Shown: positions 18,757 through 29,551, counted from the first letter of the stretch. The stretch is 64,000 nucleotides of DNA from an uncultured virus (IMG/VR IMGVR_UViG_3300028377_000003) (IMGVR_UViG_3300028377_000003:62001-126000), one strand, 5' to 3'. Translations and numbers: made by a program. Notes: generated from the sequence alone by a model not told the origin.

Positions 18757-18999
18757 ATGAGCAAGATTTCTTTTGACGAAGGCTCGCAGTTAGGGTATGT
18801 TCTAGAGGGCGTCCTACGGAAGAGCGAGGACGGCTGGTTGATTGAAACTTACGACGGAACCGAAGAGCGTCTCGACGACGTTCTGGACGAATATAAAAAC
18901 AAGGAGATTCGCCTTACGACGGTGGATCTCAAAGAAGCCGAACACCTTCAGAATTTATTGCAACGAGGAGCCGAAAATGTCGAAGGAAAGGATCCATGA
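18757..18999 (+). CDS. Hypothetical protein
   Basis: GGAGG RBS, 80 aa. Confidence 0.7.
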   Translation: MSKISFDEGSQLGYVLEGVLRKSEDGWLIETYDGTEERLDDVLDEYKNKEIRLTTVDLKEAEHLQNLLQRGAENVEGKDP

Positions 19000-20902
19000 G
19001 CTAGAGGGAAAACTCGCTGAGTACCGCGAAGCCTACTACAACGACAATCCGCTCGTTGAAGATGATGTGTACGATGCTCTGGAAGATGAGCTTCGGCGGT
19101 TGGATCCCGACAATGACCTCCTTACGTCCGTAGGGGCGGCCCCTTCTGGTAAAACCAAATGGTCCAAGATGCGCCACCAGATGGCGATGACCAGCCTCAA
19201 CAAAGTCAACAGCATCACGGCTTTGCGTGATTGGTTTGCCTCGGTGTCAACGACCCTTCAGCCCACGAAAGTACCCGCCAGCGGCCTTCTTAGCTGGTCG
19301 GAGAAGCTGGACGGTATCAGCATCTCTTTGAACTACGAAAATGGCAACCTCGTTAGCGCTATCACCCGTGGTGATGGTTTCGTGGGCGAAGATATCCTCG
19401 CCAATGTCGTGATGATGCGCGGCGTCAAGCGCAAGCTGCCGCACGCCCTTACCGGTTCGATCCGGGGCGAAATCGTACTCACCCATGACATGTGGAGGAC
19501 CCATTTCCCGGACTACGCCAACCCACGCAATGCCGCCGCTGGTATCGCCAAGCGGGAAAGTCGGGACAAGGCGCAAGGGTGCCAGCACCTGACGGTCATG
19601 TGCTACGACGTCGCCAGCCGGGGACTGGAATTCGAAGATGACGAGGAAAAGTTCTTTTTCATCAAGACGGAGTTGGGATTGAAGGTTCCCAACCACGGTT
19701 TCGGTCGTGCGGGTCTGGAAACCATCTATCAGGAGTACGAAAACACGCTCCGTGACGAGTTGAACTACGACATCGACGGGCTTGTGATTCGCCTCCAGAA
19801 GTCCACACACTTCAAGAGGGCCGGGGAGCGTAGTGGCAACCCTTATGGGGCCGTGGCTTTGAAGTTCGCCGCTGAGGGTGCTATTACGACGCTTCGAAAC
19901 GTCGTGTGGCAGACGGGTAACACGGGCCGCATCACTCCGGTCGCTGAATTCGATCCGGTGGATCTGGCCGGTGCGGAAGTCCGCAGGGCCAGCCTGTACA
20001 ACAGCAGCTACATCCGGGAAATGAATCTCAACATCGACGACCAGATTATGGTCAAGCGGGCCAACGATGTTATCCCCCGCGTCGAGAAATTGATTTCCAA
20101 GAAAAGCGTGGGCTACCTTACGGCACCGACGCAGTGCCCCTCTTGTGGTAGCAAAACCAAGTCGGAAGGCGAATACGTCGTTTGCACGGGCGGAACGGTT
20201 TGCCCGGCATCGGCAGCGGGACGTATCAAGCAGTGGATCGAATCCATTTCGATTCTGGAATGGGGCGATTTCATCATCGAGGAAGTCGTCAAACAGGGTC
20301 TGGTCGAAGATGTCGACGACCTTTATCGCCTGTCCGTTTCCGACTTGAAAGACCTTCAGAAGTCCAATGGGGCGGTCGTGGGGCGTAGCACAGCTACCAG
20401 CCTTATCGAGCAGCTTGTGAAGAATTCGGAGGTCACTCTGGACGCCCTTATCGGCGGCCTTGGTATCGAAGGAATCCGTAATCGCACGGTGCAAAAGTTC
20501 ATGCAGGCCGGATACGATACGGTGGACAAGCTCACGACGGCTTATGCTACCGAACTCACTTACATCGACGGTATCGGTGAGGCCACGGCGCTTGCATTCA
20601 CGAAAGGTATCAAGGACCGTGAACCGGTTCTGAGGCAGTTGCTCGATCGGAATTACGTGACCATCAAGAAGCGTGAAGGCAACCTCAAGGGCAAGCGCAT
20701 CACCCTGACTGGAGCCATGTCCAAGCCCCGCGCTCACATTAAGCGTGACATTCAGGACGCAGGTGGTACAGTGAAGGGGATGGCGCAGTCGACTGACTAT
20801 CTGGTCGCCGCCGATCCTAATACGTCGTCAAGCAAAGCTGCGAAGGCTCGGAAGTATGGTGTTCCCATCATTTCCGAGAACGAACTCTACAACATGATGT
20901 AA
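18977..20902 (+). CDS. ligA: NAD-dependent DNA ligase
   Basis: YY...D..YD, KLDG, TRGDG, NPRNAAAG, DGLV, CPSC zinc finger, C-terminal BRCT. Confidence 0.95.
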   Translation: MSKERIHELEGKLAEYREAYYNDNPLVEDDVYDALEDELRRLDPDNDLLTSVGAAPSGKTKWSKMRHQMAMTSLNKVNSITALRDWFASVSTTLQPTKVPASGLLSWSEKLDGISISLNYENGNLVSAITRGDGFVGEDILANVVMMRGVKRKLPHALTGSIRGEIVLTHDMWRTHFPDYANPRNAAAGIAKRESRDKAQGCQHLTVMCYDVASRGLEFEDDEEKFFFIKTELGLKVPNHGFGRAGLETIYQEYENTLRDELNYDIDGLVIRLQKSTHFKRAGERSGNPYGAVALKFAAEGAITTLRNVVWQTGNTGRITPVAEFDPVDLAGAEVRRASLYNSSYIREMNLNIDDQIMVKRANDVIPRVEKLISKKSVGYLTAPTQCPSCGSKTKSEGEYVVCTGGTVCPASAAGRIKQWIESISILEWGDFIIEEVVKQGLVEDVDDLYRLSVSDLKDLQKSNGAVVGRSTATSLIEQLVKNSEVTLDALIGGLGIEGIRNRTVQKFMQAGYDTVDKLTTAYATELTYIDGIGEATALAFTKGIKDREPVLRQLLDRNYVTIKKREGNLKGKRITLTGAMSKPRAHIKRDIQDAGGTVKGMAQSTDYLVAADPNTSSSKAAKARKYGVPIISENELYNMM

Positions 20903-20917
20903 GGCATAGGCATACGA

Positions 20918-23119
20918 ATGGAATTACGAGGCACTGTAAAGCGGGTTATTTTCACCAACGAAGAATCGAATTTCTACGTATTCGTGGTGGAAGACTCGAC
21001 CGACAATCGACGCCCGAAAAAGGCCAAAGGCAATTTCCTTTTCGAAAAGCCTTACCCCGGCCAAGAGGTGGTGCTCGAAGGTGAGTGGGAACAGACGAAA
21101 TATGGCCTCACCTTCGACGCCGCTGCTTTCGTGCCCGGAGATCTCGACAGTAACGACGGGATTCAGAAGTATCTGGAAAACTACGTCCACGGTGTTGGAC
21201 CCGTAACCGCCAAACGGCTGGTGAATCATTTCGGGACCGATACCCTTGACGTCTTGTCCAACCATCCCGAACGGCTCGAAGAGGTGTCCAACCTCAACAA
21301 GGTCCAGCGTGACAACCTTGCTAAAGAATGGGCCAAGTACAACGAGTACCGTGAAATTGCTATCCACCTGTTGGATCTCGACCTGCCTAATGGTGTGGTC
21401 AAACGCATTTACGACGAGTGGGGAACGGACGCCGTTAATAATGTGGAAGAGAATCCGTACCGCTTGATGGAAATCAGAGGCGTTGGTTTCGTCATAGCGG
21501 ACCGCGTGGCCCTTGCCCTTGGTGTAGAGCCTGATTCGACCTTCCGCATCGGAGCGTGCATTGAGTACGCCCTACACAACGCATCCAACGGTACGGGGCA
21601 CCTCTATTTGGAAGCCAGCGAGCTTATCAATCAGGTGTACTACCTCATCCGGCGAAACGAGGTGACAGATTTTGGGCGCAAGCTCACCACCGAAGATGTA
21701 CGCACGGCCCTTCAGGATCTCAAGAGCCGTGACCGTATCGTTACGGACAAGGGTAAGATTTACCTAGCGCCCCTGCATACCTACGAACAACGCAGCGCGG
21801 AGTTGCTATCGACCTTTGTGGGGGAACACGACCATTTCCGAATGGACCTCGAAGATTTCATTTCGATGTACGAAGAAAGCCACAAGATTCAGTTTTCCAC
21901 CGAACAGCGTCAAGCCATTGAATCGCTCAAGGACCACAAGGTCATCCTTTTGACTGGCCTTCCGGGCACAGGTAAGACGACGGTCACGAAAGCGATTATG
22001 GACCTGTTCAAGAAGCAAAACCTCGCGGTCCAGTTGATGTCGCCTACCGGTATTGCCGCCAAGCGTCTATCGAACGTGGTTGGTGAGGCTGCAGCGACGA
22101 TCCACCGGGCCTTGGGCTATCGTGGTGAGGGCAGCGAATGGCTTTACAACCGGAACAACATGCTCCCGGTAGACGCCGTGATCGTCGACGAATTTTCAAT
22201 GGTCGACCAGCAAGTGATGTTTCGGATGCTATCGGCCTTGAAGAAAGAGACGATCCTCGTATTTGTCGGCGACCATGCGCAGTTGCCTTCGGTTGGTGCG
22301 GGTAACGTGTTGCACGAACTGATTCGATCTGGCCAGATTGCTCGTACCCAACTGACGCAGATTTTCCGTCAAGAGGAAGCCAGCGATATCATCCTCAACG
22401 CCCACAGTATTAACCGTGGCGAGGATCCCCGTGTAGGCGACCCCACAGACCCCAAGACCGATTTCAGGTTCATCCCCCGTGACAGTGACGAAGAAATCGT
22501 AGATGGCATTCTACGTGTCATTCAGGGGCTTCAGGCGAAGGTCGATAAAGACGCCACGTTCCAAGTGCTGTCCCCACGATGGAAGAGCGACCTCGGCGTG
22601 AACAACCTCAACCAGCGTATCCGGGAAGTTTTGAACCCGTTGGAAAACCAGCGGGAGACGACGTTGCGCGGAGGCTTACGTTTGCGTGAAGGCGACCGAA
22701 TCATCGTGACGGCCAATGACTATGAAAAAGGGGTCTACAACGGGGAAATCGGTACGATTACGGAAATCGACTCGAAAAATTCCCAAATCAAAATCCGTAT
22801 CCGGGACTTTGGTAAGACCAAGCTCATCCCGATCGAGTTCAAGGAGGCCCCGGACATGCTTAATCTGGCCTTCTGTATCACGATCCACAAGTCACAGGGC
22901 ATGGAGTACGATTACGTGGTCATGCCATTTGTCAAGGGCTTTTCGATCCAGCTTCAAAGAAACCTTTTGTATACCGCTGTGACTAGAGCAAAGCGCAAGG
23001 TGTTCATTTTCGGTGATTGGGAAGCCATCCAAAAGGCGGTCCGCAACGATGAAGTCGCCAAACGCAATACTCTACTAGCAGAGCGGTTGGCCGAGAGTAT
23101 GGATGAACTGGATAGCTAA
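20918..23119 (+). CDS. recD2: RecD2-like SF1B helicase
   Basis: N-terminal HhH region, GLPGTGKT, VDEFSM, GDHAQLPSVG, TIHKSQG, LLYTAVTRAK. Confidence 0.92.
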   Translation: MELRGTVKRVIFTNEESNFYVFVVEDSTDNRRPKKAKGNFLFEKPYPGQEVVLEGEWEQTKYGLTFDAAAFVPGDLDSNDGIQKYLENYVHGVGPVTAKRLVNHFGTDTLDVLSNHPERLEEVSNLNKVQRDNLAKEWAKYNEYREIAIHLLDLDLPNGVVKRIYDEWGTDAVNNVEENPYRLMEIRGVGFVIADRVALALGVEPDSTFRIGACIEYALHNASNGTGHLYLEASELINQVYYLIRRNEVTDFGRKLTTEDVRTALQDLKSRDRIVTDKGKIYLAPLHTYEQRSAELLSTFVGEHDHFRMDLEDFISMYEESHKIQFSTEQRQAIESLKDHKVILLTGLPGTGKTTVTKAIMDLFKKQNLAVQLMSPTGIAAKRLSNVVGEAAATIHRALGYRGEGSEWLYNRNNMLPVDAVIVDEFSMVDQQVMFRMLSALKKETILVFVGDHAQLPSVGAGNVLHELIRSGQIARTQLTQIFRQEEASDIILNAHSINRGEDPRVGDPTDPKTDFRFIPRDSDEEIVDGILRVIQGLQAKVDKDATFQVLSPRWKSDLGVNNLNQRIREVLNPLENQRETTLRGGLRLREGDRIIVTANDYEKGVYNGEIGTITEIDSKNSQIKIRIRDFGKTKLIPIEFKEAPDMLNLAFCITIHKSQGMEYDYVVMPFVKGFSIQLQRNLLYTAVTRAKRKVFIFGDWEAIQKAVRNDEVAKRNTLLAERLAESMDELDS

Positions 23120-23777
23120 ATACCCCACCACAGAGGCCCCTGATTTAGACGCAGGGGCTTTGGTAGCTTTTGTAAGCCCCATCGCTCGGGTAGATTGCGC
23201 GGGCTTCTCACTAAGGCGCTTAGGCTTTGAGATCCGGGATGCTATCAGTTACCAGACCGATGACATTCCGGTCGTGGTTCTGGTAGGCCGCGTCCCTGTA
23301 GATAGCACATACGTCGATCAGGTCATACGCAAGGGGGTCGGGACGTTGGATGTGAATACGTGCCGGATACCTGTTGATAAATGGGACCAAGAAGCTATGG
23401 AACGGTGTAACACCCCTAAGTCTGGTAGGATGTATGCCAGCAAAGGGCAGTTAGGGACGTTCGAACGTAGCTCAGGTAGCGGCGCACTTGATACTTCCAA
23501 GGGACGTTACCCCGCCAACTTGATGTTGACGGGAGCCACGGCGGAGATCATGGATGCTCAGAGCGGGGCTTGTCCTTCGAGTAACAAGGGGATAGGTGAT
23601 GATTATGTTGGTCGGGTAAAAGTATACGGCAATGATGGGGGCATTGGTAAAACGAAAAGTCCCGGCTATGCTGATACCGGAGGGGCTTCCCGTTTCTATC
23701 ATCATTTTGAAACCATCGAAGACGTAGTAGATCATTTCGCAAAACTATTTGTTGGACCCACGAAGATCACCTATTGA
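23103..23777 (+). pseudogene. Degenerate DNA methyltransferase fragment
   Basis: GRYPAN and GGASRF segments typical of phage N4/N6 MTases, but no xPPY or FxGxG motif. Confidence 0.45.
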
Positions 23778-23845
23778 CTAGGTGGTTCGATCTGGTAAGG
23801 TAAGGGTTACGATCCGTTCGTGATTACTAACGAGGAAGCACTACT

Positions 23846-24238
23846 ATGAGCAAACGAACAGAGCAGGAACTCCGAGATTCGATCCGAATCGAACGGGTGA
23901 CGTCTTCCTATTCACTGGAAGGGCGAAGCCCAGCCGGGATTAAGACCTCATCCTTTTTGTCGTACACCGCCAAGTGTGAAGACGACGAGGGGTGGACGAT
24001 GGAAGAGGCCCGGTATACAGAGTCGTGTTTGGCCCAGAAAGTGGTCGAGGACCTCTACACCGACGCATTCATCCGCCAGCAGATCACAAAGAACAATAGA
24101 CAAGCGCAGGTGCAAAAGCTCACGCCGATGTACGAGGCTTTGCAGCGTGCGCGTATTAAAGCGGTCGAGGAATCGGATACCGACAGTCAATCGTCGGCTA
24201 ATGATGAGGCCATTCGTAATCCGGTCGCACAATCATGA
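23846..24238 (+). CDS. Hypothetical protein
   Basis: GAGG RBS, 130 aa. Confidence 0.7.
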   Translation: MSKRTEQELRDSIRIERVTSSYSLEGRSPAGIKTSSFLSYTAKCEDDEGWTMEEARYTESCLAQKVVEDLYTDAFIRQQITKNNRQAQVQKLTPMYEALQRARIKAVEESDTDSQSSANDEAIRNPVAQS

Positions 24239-24256
24239 TCGGAATAGGAGGGTAAT

Positions 24257-25066
24257 ATGGACGACGAAAGAGTAGACGTAATTTTTGAGCGCATTTCGGA
24301 AATGGACCTTGAGTTGGATTACGATCCAATCGAACGAGGCCCAAAGTTCCTGAACAACATGGTCGCTAAGTGCCGTAACTTCACCAATGAAGTGCAGCGT
24401 TTCGCCCGTGAATGCCAGATGTATATGCGCCAGATCGAACGGCGGCTCCGCATGGTGGAAGCTGATTTCGAGCTACAGTACAACGACCTCATGGCAAACG
24501 ACCCTGAGATCGTTCAGATGCGTGGCCTATCGAAAGCCGATCGTGAGGCACTGGCCCGTACCAAGTTGCAAGAGGAGATCGGCCAGATCAATGATTTGCA
24601 GCTTTCCCTTACGGACGCCGGTCACGTTGATACTGTGATCGAATCGAAGCTCCGTGAGCTTAGGGACGTGAACCGGGACATTCGCTTGCAAAAGCAACTG
24701 ATTCAGGCGGAGATCGAAACCGGTGCCATGTGGGGCAACGATATGGGGGACTTTGATTCACCCCAGATCGAAGCCGAAGATATCGAAGTTGACTCCGATA
24801 ACATGTTTGAAAACCCGGACGAAGATCCCGAAACCAAAGGGAAAGCCGAGCCGGACTATGAGAACCTGTTCGTTATCGGCGAAGATCAAGAAAAGAGTGA
24901 TCAAGGGGTTGACAGCGCAGATCAAGATGTTAAAGTAGAGTCTAGCGATACGGATCAGTCCGTATCGGACAAGCCGGATGTGGGGGAGGCTGACAAGACA
25001 GCGGTTTTCGAAGAGGAATCCGAAATGGACCTCGATTTCGAAGCGGCACTGGAAAGCCTCGCCTGA
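24257..25066 (+). CDS. Coiled-coil protein with acidic tail (possible UvsY-like recombination mediator)
   Basis: AGGAGG RBS; helical N-terminal half; near SSB, RuvC and RecA; function is inference. Confidence 0.5.
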   Translation: MDDERVDVIFERISEMDLELDYDPIERGPKFLNNMVAKCRNFTNEVQRFARECQMYMRQIERRLRMVEADFELQYNDLMANDPEIVQMRGLSKADREALARTKLQEEIGQINDLQLSLTDAGHVDTVIESKLRELRDVNRDIRLQKQLIQAEIETGAMWGNDMGDFDSPQIEAEDIEVDSDNMFENPDEDPETKGKAEPDYENLFVIGEDQEKSDQGVDSADQDVKVESSDTDQSVSDKPDVGEADKTAVFEEESEMDLDFEAALESLA

Positions 25067-25126
25067 GATTCGGTATTCTTTTGATAATTCCTTCTCTATA
25101 GAGAAGGCAAGGTAACGGAGTTAATT

Positions 25127-25363
25127 ATGGCTAGCGCCTACGAAGATCTCGTAAAAGCCCTCCGGGCTTCCGAGGAAGACGTTGTGAAAGGTTACGGTGG
25201 AAACCGTGCCGCAGCAACCCGAGCAAGAAAGACCCTGATGAATGCCCGTGAGGCACTCAACGATTGCCGTAAAGAGCTTTTGGCTTGTGGCAAGGGTCCA
25301 GACAAGGGAGGCACTGAGCCTCGCGATGTGACGGCTCAGTTCAACGTCGAAGACGCCGAATAA
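25127..25363 (+). CDS. Histone H1-like Hc1 family small protein
   Basis: GNRAAATRARKTL matches the Hc1-type GNKAAxTRARK motif. Confidence 0.6.
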   Translation: MASAYEDLVKALRASEEDVVKGYGGNRAAATRARKTLMNAREALNDCRKELLACGKGPDKGGTEPRDVTAQFNVEDAE

Positions 25364-25585
25364 GGCGTTTTTAACAGCTAGATCACAGGCAGTGATCACA
25401 TAACCTACCTTTTACACACTGCCTGATATCTTCCCACCTAACTTCTCTAGGCCCTCACCAAATGGGTTGGTGATCGGCCACTTAATAACAACTGACGGTG
25501 CTAAAGCGCAGCGACCATCGCACCTTATTGGATGCCAAAGTAGTCCACGCGCTGGTAGGCCGTCTAAAACGATGAGGACATACCT

Positions 25586-26278
25586 ATGTCTGATGCAGAA
25601 CAGTTGATTGGTTTTGGGCAAGACGACAAGAAAGTTATGACCGGAGGCCGCGTTGAGCGGTACAAAGGTAAGAAGAACCACACCGATCGTCTCGCGATCG
25701 TATGGTTTTTCAAGGACGAGGAGGGTAACCGTCGCATGGCGGAGACTGACACCCCCAAGTTCAAGATGGCTAATTACCACTACGCCCCCGGCCTTGGATA
25801 CATCAATGCCAAAGGGGAGTACACGACGCAAAAATTCGGACCCCCGAAGCGTCGTATCGGTACTTTCGTCCTGAAGTACAAGACCGACCGCAACGGATCA
25901 CTGCCGAAAGGCGCAGACGGAAAGCCGCAACTGGACTTCGAAGTCTTGGAGTGGCAATTCGGTGAAGACAAGTACCGTCTTCTTGCTACGATCCACGAGG
26001 AATTCCCCCTCACCGCTCATGATATCAAAGTCACTTGCACCGACGATCAGTACCAAAAACTGTCGTTCACCGCGTGCAACGGTCAGGCTTTGTGGCAGCG
26101 CAACGACCAGATCCGTGAAAAGATTCTGGAGCGTGTTGCCGAACAGGAGCACACCCTTTCTCTTTGCCGTGATCTCTCTGTTGATGAGATCAAGCAGCAC
26201 TTCGGCGAGGATACGGACGTCGTACCCGACGTTTCCTCAGACATCGACTATGATGATCTGATGGAAGACATCGACTAA
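25586..26278 (+). CDS. Putative single-stranded DNA-binding protein (gp32-like)
   Basis: Beta/aromatic-rich core, acidic tail DIDYDDLMEDID, located in recombination cluster. Confidence 0.5.
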   Translation: MSDAEQLIGFGQDDKKVMTGGRVERYKGKKNHTDRLAIVWFFKDEEGNRRMAETDTPKFKMANYHYAPGLGYINAKGEYTTQKFGPPKRRIGTFVLKYKTDRNGSLPKGADGKPQLDFEVLEWQFGEDKYRLLATIHEEFPLTAHDIKVTCTDDQYQKLSFTACNGQALWQRNDQIREKILERVAEQEHTLSLCRDLSVDEIKQHFGEDTDVVPDVSSDIDYDDLMEDID

Positions 26279-26290
26279 TCGAAGTCTATC

Positions 26291-26320
26291 GGGGTGGGGC
26301 TTTCGGGTCCCGCCCCTTTG
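26291..26320 (+). terminator. Intrinsic terminator
   Basis: GC-rich stem ggggtggg/cccgcccc with TTCG-containing loop, then ttt. Confidence 0.6.
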
Positions 26321-26335
26321 CCCCCTATATAGCCT

Positions 26336-26998
26336 ATGATTGTACTTGGACTGGACCCGTCTATAACGGGTTACGGGTGGACTCTGATTGACACTGATAA
26401 GGATGGGATGGATTCCGTTCTTGACTATGGTGTCATGAAGACGACCGCCAAAACCTTTATGCCACGTCGCTACCGCATGTTAGCTGATGGTCTTGATGAG
26501 ATCATTAAAGACTGCGGACACGACATTGATTTCGTTGGGATCGAGCATCCGCCTTACCGGGCGAGCTATGCTATGGGGCTTTATGCCCTCTATATGTATA
26601 CGATCGAGATCTTGATGAATCACCGGCTCCCTTTCGTATATTTCATGCCGACGCAACTGAAGGCTTTTGTCCGAGACGTTTTGGACGATAAAGGCAAGAT
26701 GTTCAAGAGCGACATGAAAGATGCGATGAAGGATCTACTCGATGGTGAGTGGGAAGGTCGCCTCAATAACAACGTGGCTGACGCCTATTTGATCGGGTAC
26801 TTTGCTGCCCGATTCAAGTCGCTCCTCGACGGTGATATCACCGAAGATGATCTATCCTCGAAAGAGGCACAGGCGTTCACCAAGACAGTCAAAAAGCGTA
26901 AAACGGGGAAGATCGAGTACAAAGGCTTGATCTATCAAGAGGATGAAAAATACTATTTGTTGAAAGACGAAAAGTACGACTACCTCTACGAAGAATAA
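26336..26998 (+). CDS. ruvC: RuvC-like Holliday junction resolvase
   Basis: VLGLDPS..GYG, IEHP, K.DM, NVADA. Confidence 0.8.
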   Translation: MIVLGLDPSITGYGWTLIDTDKDGMDSVLDYGVMKTTAKTFMPRRYRMLADGLDEIIKDCGHDIDFVGIEHPPYRASYAMGLYALYMYTIEILMNHRLPFVYFMPTQLKAFVRDVLDDKGKMFKSDMKDAMKDLLDGEWEGRLNNNVADAYLIGYFAARFKSLLDGDITEDDLSSKEAQAFTKTVKKRKTGKIEYKGLIYQEDEKYYLLKDEKYDYLYEE

Positions 26999-27047
26999 TG
27001 GAAGTTAAGTCGAATGAAACGATTACGACGACAAGGGGACAACCCAC

Positions 27048-28382
27048 ATGTCCAATCTAGCAAAGGCCCGAGCGGCCTTAAAGAAGAACAAGAAGATCGA
27101 CTTCAAGAACCGAGTCGAACTCGACCCCAATAACACGACGCCGGTTGATGCAATTTCGACCGGTTCGCTTGTTATTGATTTCTTGATCGGGGGCAACAAG
27201 CTCCCTAACGGTCAACGACAATGCCCCGGACTTCCCCGTGGGCGCATGACAGAAATCTACGGTCCCGAAGGGTCCGGTAAGACGACGCTTGCGCTTGAAG
27301 CGGCTGTGAAGTGCCAGAGCGAAGGAGGCAGTGTTTGCTTCCTTGATTATGAGAACGCCATTGCTCCCGCCTATGCCCAAGCCTTGGGTGTGGATTTTAG
27401 CGACGACAAATGGGACCTGTATTCCCCGATCACATGGGAAGAGGGTGCCGAGATCATCAAGATCATGGTCAACGCTAAAGTCGACCTGATCATCATTGAC
27501 TCAGTGTCGGCTATGGTACCGCAGGCGACTTTCGAAAAGGATGTGTCTGAAACGGGACAGATCGGTTTGCTTGCTCGACTTCAATCGAGCTTTTTGCCGA
27601 ACCTTGTTCACGACCTCCGCCATTCGGGAACGTCGCTTATTTACTTGAACCAGCTTCGCTGCCGGATCAAGACGAGCAAGTACGATACGGGACCGGACGA
27701 GGATACGTCGGGTGGCCGCGCTTTGAAGTATTACGCTTCGCTCCGTTTGAAGATCAAGCGGGTGAAAACCGAATACTCCAAGATCGAAAACGATCTCACT
27801 GGCGATAGCGAAAAGCAGCCGATTTGCAACATCGTTCGCGCCCAATGCACCAAGAACAAAGTGTCGATGCACCAAGGCCACAGCACTGATTTTGTGCTAC
27901 GCTACGGCGAAGGAATCGACAACGTGCGTTCTATCATGGACATTGCTGAGAATCGCAATCTGATTCAACGTGCGGGCGCGTGGTACAAGTTCGTGGACCA
28001 GCAAGGTGAAGAGCAGAGCTTGCAGGGCAAGGAGAACCTTCGGGATTACTTGCTTGAAAACACCTCGCAGTTCATGCACCTCGTCAATCAGATTTCGTCT
28101 TTCTCAGCGTTGGGCGGCGTCACTAAGATCGGCGAGAACGAGGATGATACCTCCGAAGCTACGGGTGAAACTACGTCTGAAAAGGTCGTGGACCCTGCTA
28201 TCGAAGCGCTAGTTGATCTAGCTCTTGAAGAGGGATTGATCGACCAAGCCGGTCCGTGGTATAAATTCACCGATGAAGATGGTGAAGAGCAATCAGTACG
28301 GGGCAGAGATGCCGCTATTGATTACCTCGACGAAAACCCGGCCACAGCCGTATTCCTCGAAAACGAGATGGATGATACGTGA
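27048..28382 (+). CDS. recA: RecA recombinase with duplicated C-terminal domain
   Basis: EIYGPEGSGKTT, IIDSV, NQLR, GGRALKYYAS, KNK; two GxWYKF modules. Confidence 0.95.
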   Translation: MSNLAKARAALKKNKKIDFKNRVELDPNNTTPVDAISTGSLVIDFLIGGNKLPNGQRQCPGLPRGRMTEIYGPEGSGKTTLALEAAVKCQSEGGSVCFLDYENAIAPAYAQALGVDFSDDKWDLYSPITWEEGAEIIKIMVNAKVDLIIIDSVSAMVPQATFEKDVSETGQIGLLARLQSSFLPNLVHDLRHSGTSLIYLNQLRCRIKTSKYDTGPDEDTSGGRALKYYASLRLKIKRVKTEYSKIENDLTGDSEKQPICNIVRAQCTKNKVSMHQGHSTDFVLRYGEGIDNVRSIMDIAENRNLIQRAGAWYKFVDQQGEEQSLQGKENLRDYLLENTSQFMHLVNQISSFSALGGVTKIGENEDDTSEATGETTSEKVVDPAIEALVDLALEEGLIDQAGPWYKFTDEDGEEQSVRGRDAAIDYLDENPATAVFLENEMDDT

Positions 28383-29551
28383 AAGTTCGAATCCAGAACT
28401 TCCAGTCCGTTGAGGACGCTGAGATCGAAATCGACGGCTTTACCGTAGTAGTTGGTAAGTCCAACATCGGTAAGTCGGCGATGGTCCGGGCAATTCAAGG
28501 AGCCCTCGTTAACCGAGAGGGCGATGATTTCGTAACGAAAGGCGGAACCGCTGATCACGCCGAGGTCGAATTGGATTGCCCGGAGTTCAATCTCATTTGG
28601 AAAAAGGGCGGCGGTCACAATGGTTACGTGATCAACGGAGAGGTTCTTGAAAGCGTGGGGAGGGGCAGCCTTCCCCACGTGGCCGAGGCCGGATTCGGTG
28701 AGATGAAGGTGGGACGTGATTCCATCAACGTTCAGATCTCCGATCAGTTCCACCCCCTATTCCTTTTGAATGAGGTTGGCAGCCTTGCAGCCGAAGCCAT
28801 TTCCGATGTGGGCCGCCTTACTGACGTCCAGACCGCACTTAGAAATTGCGATAAGGAACGTCGGGAAGTGCGGAGCACGCGGAAGGTCCGACGCACGGAC
28901 CTCGATGCTGTAAAAGAAGAACTAAATCGCTACGAGAATTACGACGACGATATGGCACAGGTAGAGGAAGTACGGACCTACTACCGAGGCATTACGGCTC
29001 TTAACAAGGAGATCGAAGTCCTCGATGGGTTCGAAAAGAAGCGTTCCACTTTGGGCACTACACTCCAACATTTGGATGGGGTCGAAGCTCTTTCCGTTCC
29101 CTCATGGGATGGCGACGATGCTGTTAAAGAGGTTGAAACGCTGGCGCGGTATGCCCGGCGTTTCGATCGTGGTCGCACCGAACTCAAGAAGTTCGCGGGT
29201 GTAGAAAAGGTCGATATTCCTGAATGGGATGACGATGGGTTGCTTGGTGAGATCAGGGAGCTAGAATCCCTAGCCGCCAAGACCCGCCGCATCGGAAGTG
29301 TGGTAAGGCGTTTCAAGGATCTTGGCAGTTTGGAATTGCCGACGCTAGGCGACCTTGAAGATGCCTATATCGAATGTAAAGACCTTGACAAAATAGCAAC
29401 CCGTCTGGACAGTATCCTTTCGCTTATCCCCGCCACTAAGGCTGAGATCGGCGACCTTGACAAGCAGATCGAGGCCAATAAGGATGAGTTGCATGTAACC
29501 CTGCACGAGGCAGGTACCTGTCCTACTTGTGAACGGGATGTGTCCCCATGA
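28379..29551 (+). CDS. SbcC/Rad50-like ATPase, N-terminal half ending at the zinc hook
   Basis: IQNFQS, Walker A GKSNIGKS, Q-loop region, coiled coil, terminal CPTC. Confidence 0.85.
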   Translation: MKVRIQNFQSVEDAEIEIDGFTVVVGKSNIGKSAMVRAIQGALVNREGDDFVTKGGTADHAEVELDCPEFNLIWKKGGGHNGYVINGEVLESVGRGSLPHVAEAGFGEMKVGRDSINVQISDQFHPLFLLNEVGSLAAEAISDVGRLTDVQTALRNCDKERREVRSTRKVRRTDLDAVKEELNRYENYDDDMAQVEEVRTYYRGITALNKEIEVLDGFEKKRSTLGTTLQHLDGVEALSVPSWDGDDAVKEVETLARYARRFDRGRTELKKFAGVEKVDIPEWDDDGLLGEIRELESLAAKTRRIGSVVRRFKDLGSLELPTLGDLEDAYIECKDLDKIATRLDSILSLIPATKAEIGDLDKQIEANKDELHVTLHEAGTCPTCERDVSP

